In this document: one piece after another, positions 18,336 to 28,016 of the stretch
How the letters are laid out: each line of letters opens with the position of its first letter
How positions within the stretch are numbered: the stretch's first letter is position 1
Source of the DNA: Methanobacteriota archaeon
GTDB taxonomy: Archaea; Thermoplasmatota; Thermoplasmata; SG8-5; JAGLSY01
Direction of reading: 5' to 3'
Length of the DNA: 64,000 nt
Assembly (NCBI GenBank): GCA_020696385.1
Contig: JAEHCQ010000005.1
Span: 72,311 to 136,310 of the forward strand
Position numbers and translations under genes: made by a program
Notes under the pieces: model-generated
What the model was told of the DNA's origin: nothing
Seen by the model: only the letters and a program-made list of their open reading frames with translations
The model's database searches: none

Positions 18336-20159
18336 ATGACCATTATCAAGGTTCTTGACAATGATACAATTGACAAAATTGCTGCTGGCGAGGTTATAGA
18401 AAGGCCAGCCTCTGCTGTGAAGGAACTGGTAGAGAACTCCCTGGACGCAGGTGCGAAGGAGATAGATATAAAGATACTAAGCGCGGGCAAGAAACTAATT
18501 CAGATAGTGGATGACGGCCAGGGCATGATGCCGGAAGATGCGGAACTGGCATTCCAAAGACATGCGACATCCAAGCTGTCAAGCATCGATGATCTTGACA
18601 CCATAGCCACCATGGGATTCCGGGGTGAGGCACTTTCCAGTATCGCATCTGTTTCCGAGGTGACCATAGCCACAAGGCATGAGAGCCAGGATTCCGGAAC
18701 AAGAATTGTGTTCCGGAACGGTAAGGTCATCGAAAAAGGAGAGCTGGGCATGGATACTGGGACCAGCATCAAGATCGCGAACCTCTTCTCCAATGTTCCA
18801 GCCAGACTTAAATTTCTAAAGAGCGACAGAGTTGAAATGTCGCATATCATCAAGGTGGTCACCGAGAGAGCGCTGGCCAATCCGGATGTGTCCTTCACCC
18901 TGCAGAATGGAGAAGTTGAGATTCTCAATTGCAGGGCCAGCCAGCATCTGGAAGATAGGTTCCTTGACATATTCGGGAGAAAAGCAGCGAAGGCCAGCGT
19001 GAAGATAGACGCTGGCCATGATGATCCAATATCGGTCCACGGCATACTGGCCAAACCAGAGATCAGCAAACCATCCAAGGACGATCTGCACATATTTATC
19101 AACCTGCGCCCGATATCTGATCGCATACTGGCTGCAGCTGTTGCTGATGGTTATGCAGGTATGCTGATGAAGCATCGGCATCCAGTTGGCGTTGTCTTCA
19201 TCCAAATGCCGCCGGACAAGGTGGATATCAATGTCCATCCAACAAAGAAGCAGGCGAAGTTCTCGGATCCGAAACCGATAGCCAGCCTTTTGAAGAAGGC
19301 TGTCGCGGATGCCCTTGGAAACACCGACCTGATCAGAGAGGTCGGTGGTGACTTCCAGCGTACACTGGAATCCAGAGCTTATGTAAGCCAGCCGCCAGAA
19401 CAGAAAAAGAGAACTGGCAGAGATATGTCCGTAAGTTCTGCCGGAGTTCGCCCTATCGCGTCACGTCCTTCAACCCACTGGCCACCAAAACCCACACCCG
19501 CCCAGCCCCATCTTTTCGAAGAAGATGCAAACAGTTCAGGACAGGAAAATTGTGAAGACCATGAAGTTCCAGGATCCAGATCCATGCCTTCGATGGTTCC
19601 GATCGGCCAGATCCTGGAGACCTACATACTGGCACAGAGCGGTTCAGATCTTCTTATCATCGACCAGCACGCGGCACATGAGCGCGTGATGTTGGAAAGG
19701 CTTCGGAATGCGGACATAAAGATCGCCCAGCAGAAGCTCATCACACCCCTCACACTTGAATTGAGCCCACGCGAGAGGGAATTGGTGGATCATTATAGGC
19801 AGATCCTGGAAGATGCTGGCTTCACCATCGAGCCCTTTGGCAGAACCACCTATCTTGTGCGAGCGGTCCCGGTCTTCAGCGGAAGCCTGGAGGAGCCGGA
19901 GAATATCCTGGCCATGGTGCAGGAACTGGTTGATCTCGGCAAAGCGAGATCAATAGAGACAAAACGCGATGAGATACTGCAACTCATCGCCTGCCACTCG
20001 TCCATTCGCGCAGGTGAGAAGCTAAGCATCAGCCGGATGAAACGGCTGATAAGTGAGATGCATGAGCTGGACAATCCCTTCAATTGCGCACATGGAAGGC
20101 CGACGATAATCAAGATGACGGATAGAGATCTTGAGAAGATGTTCAAGCGGATCGTTTGA
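18336..20159 (+). CDS. mutL: DNA mismatch repair endonuclease MutL
   Basis: IAAGEVIERPASAVKELVENSLDAG, GFRGEAL, DQHAAHER, ACH, CAHGRP. Confidence 0.96.
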   Translation: MTIIKVLDNDTIDKIAAGEVIERPASAVKELVENSLDAGAKEIDIKILSAGKKLIQIVDDGQGMMPEDAELAFQRHATSKLSSIDDLDTIATMGFRGEALSSIASVSEVTIATRHESQDSGTRIVFRNGKVIEKGELGMDTGTSIKIANLFSNVPARLKFLKSDRVEMSHIIKVVTERALANPDVSFTLQNGEVEILNCRASQHLEDRFLDIFGRKAAKASVKIDAGHDDPISVHGILAKPEISKPSKDDLHIFINLRPISDRILAAAVADGYAGMLMKHRHPVGVVFIQMPPDKVDINVHPTKKQAKFSDPKPIASLLKKAVADALGNTDLIREVGGDFQRTLESRAYVSQPPEQKKRTGRDMSVSSAGVRPIASRPSTHWPPKPTPAQPHLFEEDANSSGQENCEDHEVPGSRSMPSMVPIGQILETYILAQSGSDLLIIDQHAAHERVMLERLRNADIKIAQQKLITPLTLELSPRERELVDHYRQILEDAGFTIEPFGRTTYLVRAVPVFSGSLEEPENILAMVQELVDLGKARSIETKRDEILQLIACHSSIRAGEKLSISRMKRLISEMHELDNPFNCAHGRPTIIKMTDRDLEKMFKRIV

Positions 20160-20254
20160 TAATATACATCATGTGCATCATATGCATCATATATCTACAC
20201 AATAAACGAAAACTTTAATATCAACAATAATATTCATCCAATTGGAAATGCCAA

Positions 20255-20932
20255 ATGCCTGACAACGATGATCCTAATAAGCTGAGCCAAAACAATAATA
20301 GTGATGATAAGCCAAAAGAAGATTTCTCCAAGAGGCTTGAACGCTGGGATATGTACGCTGATATCTCGGATGTTGGATCCATATCCAGACGTTATTTTGT
20401 CATGAACGCCTTTGATGGCGCATTGACCATGCTGGGAGTTGTTATTGGAGCCAGCATGGCTCCCGAAGCCGTTGACCCGCTGTTCATAATACTAGCAGGT
20501 CTTTCCGGAGCTTTCGCCATGTGCATATCCGGAATAAGCGGCGCGTACATGACTGAAAGCGCGGAGCGTGAAAGAGAGATAAAGTCATTGGAGCGAGCGA
20601 TGCTTTGTAAACTGGATGATTCCATACATAAAGAAGCCTCGAAATTCGCAACCATCCTTACATCACTTGTGGATGGTTTCAGCCCAGCACTGGCCGCCCT
20701 CATAGTTATCAGCCCCTTCTTCATGGTCAATATAGGCTGGATGACGATGGACATGGCTTTCCCCATCTCCATTTCCCTGACCATGCTTGTACTTCTTATC
20801 CTGGGACTTTACCTCGCCAAGATATCAGATCAGAGCCTGGCAAAATACGGATTGAGAATGCTTATCGTGGGTCTTGTGACCGCCCTGATGTGTGCCTTGG
20901 TGGCAATAGCCCTCGGTGCTCCGGCAGTTTAG
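20255..20932 (+). CDS. VIT1/CCC1-family membrane protein (putative Fe/Mn transporter)
   Basis: RRYFVMNAFDGALT, SGAYMTESAER, five TM segments. Confidence 0.75.
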   Translation: MPDNDDPNKLSQNNNSDDKPKEDFSKRLERWDMYADISDVGSISRRYFVMNAFDGALTMLGVVIGASMAPEAVDPLFIILAGLSGAFAMCISGISGAYMTESAEREREIKSLERAMLCKLDDSIHKEASKFATILTSLVDGFSPALAALIVISPFFMVNIGWMTMDMAFPISISLTMLVLLILGLYLAKISDQSLAKYGLRMLIVGLVTALMCALVAIALGAPAV

Positions 20933-21147
20933 AGATATCGATTATGCCAGACAGCAAAAAATCATTAAATAACATCACTCATTAATAATTGTTAAACGAC
21001 GTTACGATTGTTCGAAGGTTGTACCAAACCGTATATAAACACCGGGTATCATATAGTTGATTAGAGGCTTTTATCTATTATTCTGCCCACATAATAGAGC
21101 CCCTTCGCGGGGTAGCCTCCTCCATTCTCCTTTATTCAAGGTGTACT

Positions 21148-22194
21148 ATGAGGAAATTGGTTACGTTCGGAATAGTAAGTCTTCTTATCATATCCAGCCT
21201 ATTGCTTCTTTCAAGTTCTGTTATCATTGGCCAGGAGGAATATGTACCTCGCTCCAATGATTATTCATATTATGAAGTGGCGGTCGATCCACCAGACGGC
21301 CAAATAGCCTATCCAGTCATCAATTATTCGGTTTCACGCAACTCGGCCTTTGTTTCATTATTCGATGAAATAGGCATGGATAATTTCGGCGCTGGCCAGG
21401 ATTATATAGAGAACTACACAACATATTCGCACGAGGATGAATATGGTTCCCTTGTCATCCACGAGTCGCCAACCACAGCCATCGAGTTCGATTCGGATGT
21501 GGAGAACAGCCTGTATTTCACACTATCCAGAGAGACAGGCGCATTGAAAAGCGGGAATTCCGTCCTTGTTGGTAACGAGGACGTTAGCGGGACCTTCATA
21601 ATGCAGGGAGATGCAAGAGCCAATATCCTGGGAAGAACACTCACATTCACCCTGGGAGATGGTGGCAGGGTGATCTTCAGAGCCAGTCCGGAGGGAGAAG
21701 CCGTGATAGGTGAGGCTATATCCGACGGAAAGGTAGGTGGCGAGATATTCATTTCAGATGACGGTTACAGTCTGCTGGAGGACATCGTGGCCTTTGACGG
21801 TCTCACGATGCAGACGATAGCCGCAGATCCCGAGATAGACCTGAAGGTCGCGGGGGAACTGGAAGGCGGCAGTGTGATCGTCGTCCACGTGGATAAAGAG
21901 ATACTGAAATTCGATTCCATCGAAGACATGGGTGTCCAGGTAGATGGAATTTATATCAAACAGGGAAATGGCCTCAGCGAGACCCTTTATGAGGACGGAG
22001 ACGGCCATGTTTACTTCATCACGGAGAACGAATACGGATACGATGTAGTAATATATCTTTCACATTTCTCAGATCATATGATAACAATAGGAAGTGCGGA
22101 GCAAAGTATTGGAATAGATGGGTATGCTACCTTTTTATCGGCGCTTGCGATGGTGGGCATCGCCGCCGTTGCCTTGATCTACAACAGAGATTGA
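21148..22194 (+). CDS. Secreted, C-terminally anchored acidic hypothetical protein
   Basis: N-terminal signal/TM, HFSDH motif, C-terminal TM. Confidence 0.75.
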   Translation: MRKLVTFGIVSLLIISSLLLLSSSVIIGQEEYVPRSNDYSYYEVAVDPPDGQIAYPVINYSVSRNSAFVSLFDEIGMDNFGAGQDYIENYTTYSHEDEYGSLVIHESPTTAIEFDSDVENSLYFTLSRETGALKSGNSVLVGNEDVSGTFIMQGDARANILGRTLTFTLGDGGRVIFRASPEGEAVIGEAISDGKVGGEIFISDDGYSLLEDIVAFDGLTMQTIAADPEIDLKVAGELEGGSVIVVHVDKEILKFDSIEDMGVQVDGIYIKQGNGLSETLYEDGDGHVYFITENEYGYDVVIYLSHFSDHMITIGSAEQSIGIDGYATFLSALAMVGIAAVALIYNRD

Positions 22195-22809
22195 GGCCTC
22201 AGCCAGATCCTCTTTATTGGGTCTACCATGCTTGCAATACAACCGTACTACATCCCTAGCTAGAGCCATAGCTCCAGGTCGGAATAGCATATGGGATGTT
22301 ACCTTTATCTTGTAAATATATAATTTGTACTTGCCGATCTCCAGATCCCCATAGACCCTGAACTCATCGTCTGGATCGGCATAAAAAGCCTCGGCCTTGG
22401 TAGTGCGCCCGAGATTGATGGATACCTTGACAAGAAGTTCATTGAAATATCTCGTCCAGAGAGTGCTGATATCCTCGACAAGAGCTTTATTCTTCCTCTT
22501 GTCATCGACCTCGATGCTCATGACCTGGATGCAAGTATCGCCGATCATGATCTCATCCCCTATCCTGAGCTCATGGCCAATCGGAAGCTCCACGGTGGTC
22601 TTTGTGGATTCCTCGAGCCTGCTGATGATAGTTCGAATTGACACCAACTTGGGGATCTCCACATCCAGATCAAAGCCCTTCTCACACTTCGAGCATTTGA
22701 GAACGGCCTTAACTATGTGCTTGCCAGACATTCTGCTCTTGATAACTCTACAGATAGATTCCTCGCCGCAGAAAGTGCATTTGGCATACAGGGATGATGG
22801 TATCTCCAT
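22135..22809 (-). CDS. HVO_0476-like zinc-finger protein
   Basis: N-terminal CTFC..CSKC; C-terminal A.ARDVVRLY pattern typical of this archaeal family. Confidence 0.7.
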   Translation of the reverse strand: MEIPSSLYAKCTFCGEESICRVIKSRMSGKHIVKAVLKCSKCEKGFDLDVEIPKLVSIRTIISRLEESTKTTVELPIGHELRIGDEIMIGDTCIQVMSIEVDDKRKNKALVEDISTLWTRYFNELLVKVSINLGRTTKAEAFYADPDDEFRVYGDLEIGKYKLYIYKIKVTSHMLFRPGAMALARDVVRLYCKHGRPNKEDLAEASISVVDQGNGGDAHHRKRR

Positions 22810-22847
22810 GTTACGGGTGATTCGAAAGGGGTTTAAAATGGCTTCTA

Positions 22848-23489
22848 TCACTCAAGGCTCTTTAATATCTCCATCGCCGCAGCCTTTGGGTCCTCAGCAT
22901 TGTAGATACTCCTTCCCACAATTATGAAATCCGCTCCCGCGTCGATTGTTGCCTTGGCAGATCCACCCTGAGCCCCAACTCCCGGGCTCAGTATCAGAAG
23001 ATCTTCGACGATAACACGCAACTGGCTGATCCTTTCTGGCCTGGTAGCTGGCGCTATTATTCCGGTCGCTCCAACATCGAAGGCTCGCCTTGCCATGACA
23101 TCCGCCACTGGTTTTATGAACCACTTCGCACCTGGATGGCTCATCTCGGCCACCACATAAACGTCTATTCCATCCGCGGCCTTGATACAGGCTTCCATTG
23201 AATCCATGCCAACAAATGCATGGATTATAACTCCACTGGCTCCTGCCTTGACCACTTGCTCCACTATCAGACGGCTGGTATTGTCAATATCCGCGATTTT
23301 GAAGTCGCAGATAACGGGCCCAAACTTTGCTATCTCGGTAACGATCTCCATCCCACAGCTGAGTACCAGAGGATAATTGATCTTGTAGGCATCCACCATT
23401 CCTTCCAGATTGGCAGCTACCTTCAAGGCTTTCTCTCTCTCCAGCATATCCATGGCGACTATCAGTCTTGTGCGTGGTGTCAGGGTCAT
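22848..23489 (-). CDS. pyrF: Orotidine-5'-phosphate decarboxylase
   Basis: LIVAMD, DFKIADIDNT, EMSHPG, PATRPER, SPGVGAQGG, IVGRSIY. Confidence 0.95.
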   Translation of the reverse strand: MTLTPRTRLIVAMDMLEREKALKVAANLEGMVDAYKINYPLVLSCGMEIVTEIAKFGPVICDFKIADIDNTSRLIVEQVVKAGASGVIIHAFVGMDSMEACIKAADGIDVYVVAEMSHPGAKWFIKPVADVMARRAFDVGATGIIAPATRPERISQLRVIVEDLLILSPGVGAQGGSAKATIDAGADFIIVGRSIYNAEDPKAAAMEILKSLE

Positions 23490-23549
23490 GCCAGAGCATA
23501 ATGTGAGAAAGATATAAAGATTTACGGTTTGCCACGATATCACTCAGGC

Positions 23550-23564
23550 AAAAGGTTTTTTATC
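23550..23564 (+). promoter_or_regulatory. Putative BRE/TATA promoter of thiC
   Basis: aaaaggTTTTTTATc about 25-30 bp upstream of ATG 23587. Confidence 0.45.
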
Positions 23565-23586
23565 CCGCCCTGTATTGAGGGCTTCG

Positions 23587-24861
23587 ATGACCATAATGGC
23601 AGAGGCGAAATCCGGCATCACCGACCTCATCAGGCAGGTGGCCGCGGACGAGAAGATGGACCCAGAAAAATTGCGCAGGGCAGTAGCGGCTGGCTACGTT
23701 GTTATTCCCAATAACCCCATACACAACCCCATTCCAAAAGGTATCGGAGAAGGGTGCAGCATCAAGGTGAATGTGAACCTTGGCACATCCGAGGATTGTA
23801 TGGATGTGGAAGAGGAGCTGGAGAAAGCTCGAGTCGCAATGAAATTCGGAGCAGATGCCATCATGGATCTGAGCACCGGAGGAGATGTGGATGCGATCCG
23901 CGCCCGCATCATGAAAGAAGTTAATATTCCGATCGGAACGGTTCCGATTTACCAGGCGGGATTGGAGATGGCCAGGAAATGCTCTGTCGTGGATATGACA
24001 GAGGATATGATCTTCAATGGCATCGAGAAGCATGCGAAGGACGGCGTGGACTTCATGACGGTTCACACGGGCATAACCAAGGAAAGCATAGGCCGATTGA
24101 AGAAATGCGGCCGACTTACAGACATAGTCAGCCGTGGCGGCTCCTTCCTGACAGCGTGGATACTTGCCAATGACATGGAGAACCCCCTTTACGAGAATTT
24201 CGATTATCTACTGGAACTGGCTCAGAAATACGAGTTCACCCTCAGCCTGGGAGATGGGCTGAGGCCAGGCAGTATTGCTGATGCGACCGATGGTCCTCAG
24301 CTCCAAGAGCTCATCATCCTGGGCGAGTGCGTCCAGAGAGCCCGCGAGGCAAATGTACAGACAATGGTTGAAGGCCCTGGTCATGTCCCGCTCAATCAAA
24401 TAGAGGCAAATATGATCATCGAGAAGACCATATGCAAGAACGCACCCTTCTATGTTCTGGGCCCGTTGGTAACAGATATCGCACCCGGATACGACCACAT
24501 CGTGGGAGCGATCGGGGGCGCACTGGCTGCCTACCATGGCGCGGATTTCCTGTGCTATGTGACTCCTGCTGAACATCTATGTCTTCCAAATGTTGAGGAT
24601 GTCAAGATCGGAACTATCACCAGTAAGATAGCGGCTCACGCGGCCGATGTCGCGAAAGGTCGCGGTATGGAGCGCGATAATGCAATATCTCAGGGCAGGA
24701 AGGATCTTGATTGGGAAGCGATCTACAAGAATTCCATCGATCCAGAGCATGCTCGCAAGAGGCGCGGAGACAGAGAGCCAGGAGAAGAGGATGTCTGCTC
24801 GATGTGTGGGGAATATTGTGCGATTAAATTGATCAAAGAACATATGGATGATGAAATTTAA
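23587..24861 (+). CDS. thiC: Phosphomethylpyrimidine synthase
   Basis: KVNVNLGTS, MDLSTGG, GTVPIYQ, VSRGGS, SLGDGLRPG, EGPGH, C-terminal CSMCGEYC. Confidence 0.95.
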   Translation: MTIMAEAKSGITDLIRQVAADEKMDPEKLRRAVAAGYVVIPNNPIHNPIPKGIGEGCSIKVNVNLGTSEDCMDVEEELEKARVAMKFGADAIMDLSTGGDVDAIRARIMKEVNIPIGTVPIYQAGLEMARKCSVVDMTEDMIFNGIEKHAKDGVDFMTVHTGITKESIGRLKKCGRLTDIVSRGGSFLTAWILANDMENPLYENFDYLLELAQKYEFTLSLGDGLRPGSIADATDGPQLQELIILGECVQRAREANVQTMVEGPGHVPLNQIEANMIIEKTICKNAPFYVLGPLVTDIAPGYDHIVGAIGGALAAYHGADFLCYVTPAEHLCLPNVEDVKIGTITSKIAAHAADVAKGRGMERDNAISQGRKDLDWEAIYKNSIDPEHARKRRGDREPGEEDVCSMCGEYCAIKLIKEHMDDEI

Positions 24862-24873
24862 TCGAACAATATT

Positions 24874-24898
24874 GAGCTTGTTGCAAAGCAACATGCTC
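24874..24898. other. Hairpin between thiC and its duplicated 3' end
   Basis: GAGCtTGTTGC-aaa-GCAACAtGCTC. Confidence 0.75.
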
Positions 24899-24900
24899 CC

Positions 24901-24948
24901 TATTGTGCAATTAAGCTGATAAAGGAACATATGGATGAAGATAAATAG
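24901..24948 (+). pseudogene. Duplicated 3'-terminal fragment of thiC (YCAIKLIKEHMDEDK*)
   Basis: Matches 24814-24861: 12 identical residues with 5 synonymous codon changes. Confidence 0.85.
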
Positions 24949-24960
24949 ATAGCCTGGCTG

Positions 24961-25098
24961 TAATATTATAATATAATAATATAAATGCAATTATATTAGA
25001 GTTTTATATTAAAACAAATATATTGACATAAAAATATTATATTGTATATAAATATAATGTGTATGCATATAATTATCAAATAAGTATTAACAATAAAA
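24961..25098. other. Extremely AT-rich intergenic tract between convergent genes
   Basis: About 140 bp with very few G/C bases. Confidence 0.7.
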
Positions 25099-26130
25099 TC
25101 ATCCAGTGATGATCTTCAGATATTCGCCTTCCGTCATCATATCTATGCCATCAACTATTATCGAACACTTCAACATCAACAGATCGATATGATGGTGGCA
25201 TGACCATGTGGCGCCTGTCTTCTCGTGGTATGGATCTCCAAAGGCCACATGTATCGTTGGCAACTTCTCATCCTGAAGGATATTACCAACTATCTTCTCA
25301 AGGAATATATTGGTGCCTATGCCAAGCTCTCCAACCCTGGATGCACATGGCTCGCTATTGATGTACTTTGTGAAATCCTCAAGAAGTTCCTTGTTCTCAC
25401 ACTCGCAATAGGTGACATATGATCCACCATCCCGGGTCTCGACATCTATGATCAAAGGAGTCTCGGAGAAATCAACGATCTCATTGTATTTCTCGCCAAG
25501 CCAGTCACCAACCGTACCATCGACCACAAGTCTACCCTCAAGGGTAAGTGGAGCCGTGAATACCTCACCGGATGGGAGATTATCCCATTCTCCGGTCTTG
25601 GTGACCACGCCGGAGCATGGTATCCATTTCATTGAAGGATCCAGCCTTGCAATGAAGTCCGTACCTGCAGGTGATGTGACGCGTATCTCATCCGCATCCT
25701 TCACCATCCTGTAGACATTTTCAGTGATCTTCTGGACCACTTCATAATCAACACACATGCCGGATTCCATTATTTCATTGGAAACACCGACCATGTGCGC
25801 ATGTCGTGCTTTGGCCTTTATAAGTTTTAAGAAGGGTTCCCTGAGTGTTGCCAATTCCCCTTCACGGGCACCAGCAACGAAAAAAGTGACGGTTGCCTTC
25901 AATATTGCCTCTCTAAGTCCGTCTGGCATCTGTTTAAGAGGGCGGCCTCCATAAGATGGTAGGTCCACATTGAAAAATCTGACATGGTTGGTTATCTCGA
26001 GAGATGCCTTTCTGAGCGCGATACCAATATCCTTACTATCCTCGTCAGCAACTATAAGGACATAATCCTCTGGCTTCACGACCATACACTTTTCGACAGC
26101 GATCTTTGCACCTTGCTCAATAGGAACCAT
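25099..26130 (-). CDS. Aminopeptidase, M29 (aminopeptidase T-like) family
   Basis: SPAGTDF, NLPSGEVFTAP, GELGIGTN, LQDEK..TIHVAFG, HIDL. Confidence 0.88.
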   Translation of the reverse strand: MVPIEQGAKIAVEKCMVVKPEDYVLIVADEDSKDIGIALRKASLEITNHVRFFNVDLPSYGGRPLKQMPDGLREAILKATVTFFVAGAREGELATLREPFLKLIKAKARHAHMVGVSNEIMESGMCVDYEVVQKITENVYRMVKDADEIRVTSPAGTDFIARLDPSMKWIPCSGVVTKTGEWDNLPSGEVFTAPLTLEGRLVVDGTVGDWLGEKYNEIVDFSETPLIIDVETRDGGSYVTYCECENKELLEDFTKYINSEPCASRVGELGIGTNIFLEKIVGNILQDEKLPTIHVAFGDPYHEKTGATWSCHHHIDLLMLKCSIIVDGIDMMTEGEYLKIITG

Positions 26131-26269
26131 CAGTCTTCCGTAAAATGGAACTAATATATAACACTTCCACCAAACAATTTTATAGTCGCCAGGCATAAAT
26201 AATAATATTAACAATATTAAGGAATATGGGATAATTTTAAATCGTTTTCCGGGATGTACAATTGATATT

Positions 26270-26641
26270 ATGCCACCACTTGGATTGATGACCTATGGAT
26301 ATGACGAAGGATCTGCAAAGAACGTCCAGAGCATGCTGGAAGCCATGCTGGGCTCAGAAATTGTGATCATCGGGGCATCGAATAAGGATGATACACTCGT
26401 CAGCCAGATACTGGAAGAAGGTCCGAATTCATCCACTTTTGAAGATCATCAGAATAAGATGTTGATGCTCCTTGGATTCGATGATGAGCAGGTCAAGATA
26501 CTATTGAAGAATTTCCCAAAAAAGGAGCGGCCTATATTTTGTGGGTTGACCGATGAGAACATCAAATGGGATATGAAATATTTGATGAAGCATCTTCTGG
26601 AAGAAAAGAAATACTGGGAATCGCAGGGAAAGCGCAACTGA
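26270..26641 (+). CDS. DUF3783-like protein
   Basis: C-terminal PIFCGLTDENIKW....L..HLLEE pattern. Confidence 0.7.
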   Translation: MPPLGLMTYGYDEGSAKNVQSMLEAMLGSEIVIIGASNKDDTLVSQILEEGPNSSTFEDHQNKMLMLLGFDDEQVKILLKNFPKKERPIFCGLTDENIKWDMKYLMKHLLEEKKYWESQGKRN

Positions 26642-26702
26642 TCGAACTGATCGGTAATGAATTTCAACTCATCCGTTCCAGGCCTATTTTTCAGACAATG
26701 GC

Positions 26703-27557
26703 TTATTCAATAGGCAGAGTTTCTTCAGGATCCTCAGGCGGTTGGCCAACCGCTTGTGGCTGTTGCGGTTGTTGTGGCTGCTGCGGTTGGGCTGGTTGAA
26801 TGGGTTGAGTAGGTTGATCAGGTCTTTGATACATCGGCTGCTGGTATGCTTGCGGGTTAACAGGTTGTTGTGCCATGGGCGGATGCATGGGTTGAAGCGG
26901 GTGCGCCTGCTGCTTTTCCTTTTTCTTTCGGTCATTGTATATCGCGATGACAACAATAACGACCAGTATCAGAAGACCGATACCTCCCATGATCACCAAT
27001 CCATCCACAAGACCATCAAAGGGATCGTCCAACCAAAAATCTGCATTTGCATATTCAAAGGTCATATCCACTACAACCACACCCACAGAGTTTGCATCAT
27101 CAGGGGTGATAGCACAATTTCGATTGTCAATGATTATGAATATCGCATCATCAGGCATATCGTAATAATTCTCCGAGGTCTCAAACTCATAATTTATACG
27201 AACACGGGACACATCTTCCACGGATCCTGGCTTGTATGATATCGCTCTTGGCTCGGTATCATTATCAGAAGGTGAATAATCCCCATAATAGTATGTGGAA
27301 TATGGGTAAGCATTATCTACCTGATTATAGGACATGACATAAACATCGATATTTCCCCCATCGGTCACTGTTATATTGATCCATACTTCGCCATATTCCC
27401 AGGCATCATACGGGCCAGCCACATAGAAGCTATCATCACCGATGTAAATGGTATCTCCTTCAACTGGCTGGGCGGATGAATTACCAGATATTACAATACC
27501 TATTGAAGCACTTATTATCAAAGCAAGCACGATATAACTATAAATTCTTCCCTTCAT
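26703..27557 (-). CDS. Membrane-anchored protein with a Q/P-rich C-terminal tail
   Basis: Signal peptide, acidic ectodomain, TM, KKKEK stop-transfer, PQQ repeats. Confidence 0.75.
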   Translation of the reverse strand: MKGRIYSYIVLALIISASIGIVISGNSSAQPVEGDTIYIGDDSFYVAGPYDAWEYGEVWINITVTDGGNIDVYVMSYNQVDNAYPYSTYYYGDYSPSDNDTEPRAISYKPGSVEDVSRVRINYEFETSENYYDMPDDAIFIIIDNRNCAITPDDANSVGVVVVDMTFEYANADFWLDDPFDGLVDGLVIMGGIGLLILVVIVVIAIYNDRKKKEKQQAHPLQPMHPPMAQQPVNPQAYQQPMYQRPDQPTQPIQPAQPQQPQQPQQPQAVGQPPEDPEETLPIE

Positions 27558-27691
27558 GAAGGAATATCACATAATAGAGATATAAGCCTTTGGAATAAAT
27601 GGGAATAACCTGAATATAGGCAAATGATGGATCTGAAAACTCAGCTCGGTTAAACCATCGGCCAGCTCCATGAAATTATGTTCGGGATTGC

Positions 27692-27915
27692 TTAGAATTT
27701 CTTAGATATCTCGTCCAGCACACTCTCGAATATAGCCATTCCATCCCCGAGTCCAGTTGGGAATGCTCTTGTCCAGTCCGGGTGCATTTCCCTGTCCATA
27801 ACTCTCTCCGGGTGCGGCATCATTCCAAACACATTACCCTGCGGATTACAGATACCAGCCACATTCTTTTCGGAGCCATTTGGATTCCAGAGATACCCGG
27901 CATAACTTCCATCGG
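27692..27915 (-). pseudogene. Duplicated 3'-terminal ~224 bp of purQ
   Basis: Aligns without gaps to 28017-28240. By manual alignment 17 codons differ: 13 synonymous, 3 missense, and a TGA/TAA stop swap. Confidence 0.92.
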
Positions 27916-28016
27916 AAGCCTTTTCTTTTATCCTCGCTGTGCTGGCCGGGCTCCAAAAGAACAAGTATTCCATTGCAAAAGAAAACTCGCCCGGCGCTGC
28001 TCGCTCGGAGATCTAC
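27916..28016 (-). repeat. Structured ~100-bp spacer between purQ and its duplicated 3' end
   Basis: Interlaced inverted repeats GCCGGGC/GCCCGGC and TTTTCTTTT/AAAAGAAAA, plus a second TTGTTCTTTT tract. Confidence 0.6.

Noticed and set aside
20165-20192. Three ~9-bp CATCATATG-like tandem units upstream of the VIT1 gene
   Set aside because: Could be an operator, but too short and degenerate to support from this window.
22135-22194. 60-bp overlap of convergent genes
   Set aside because: Likely a non-conserved C-terminal run-on of the zinc-finger gene, which is common in compact genomes.
23490-23590. TPP riboswitch upstream of thiC
   Set aside because: The intergenic region is short, the TATA box is close to the start, and no TPP aptamer consensus is visible.
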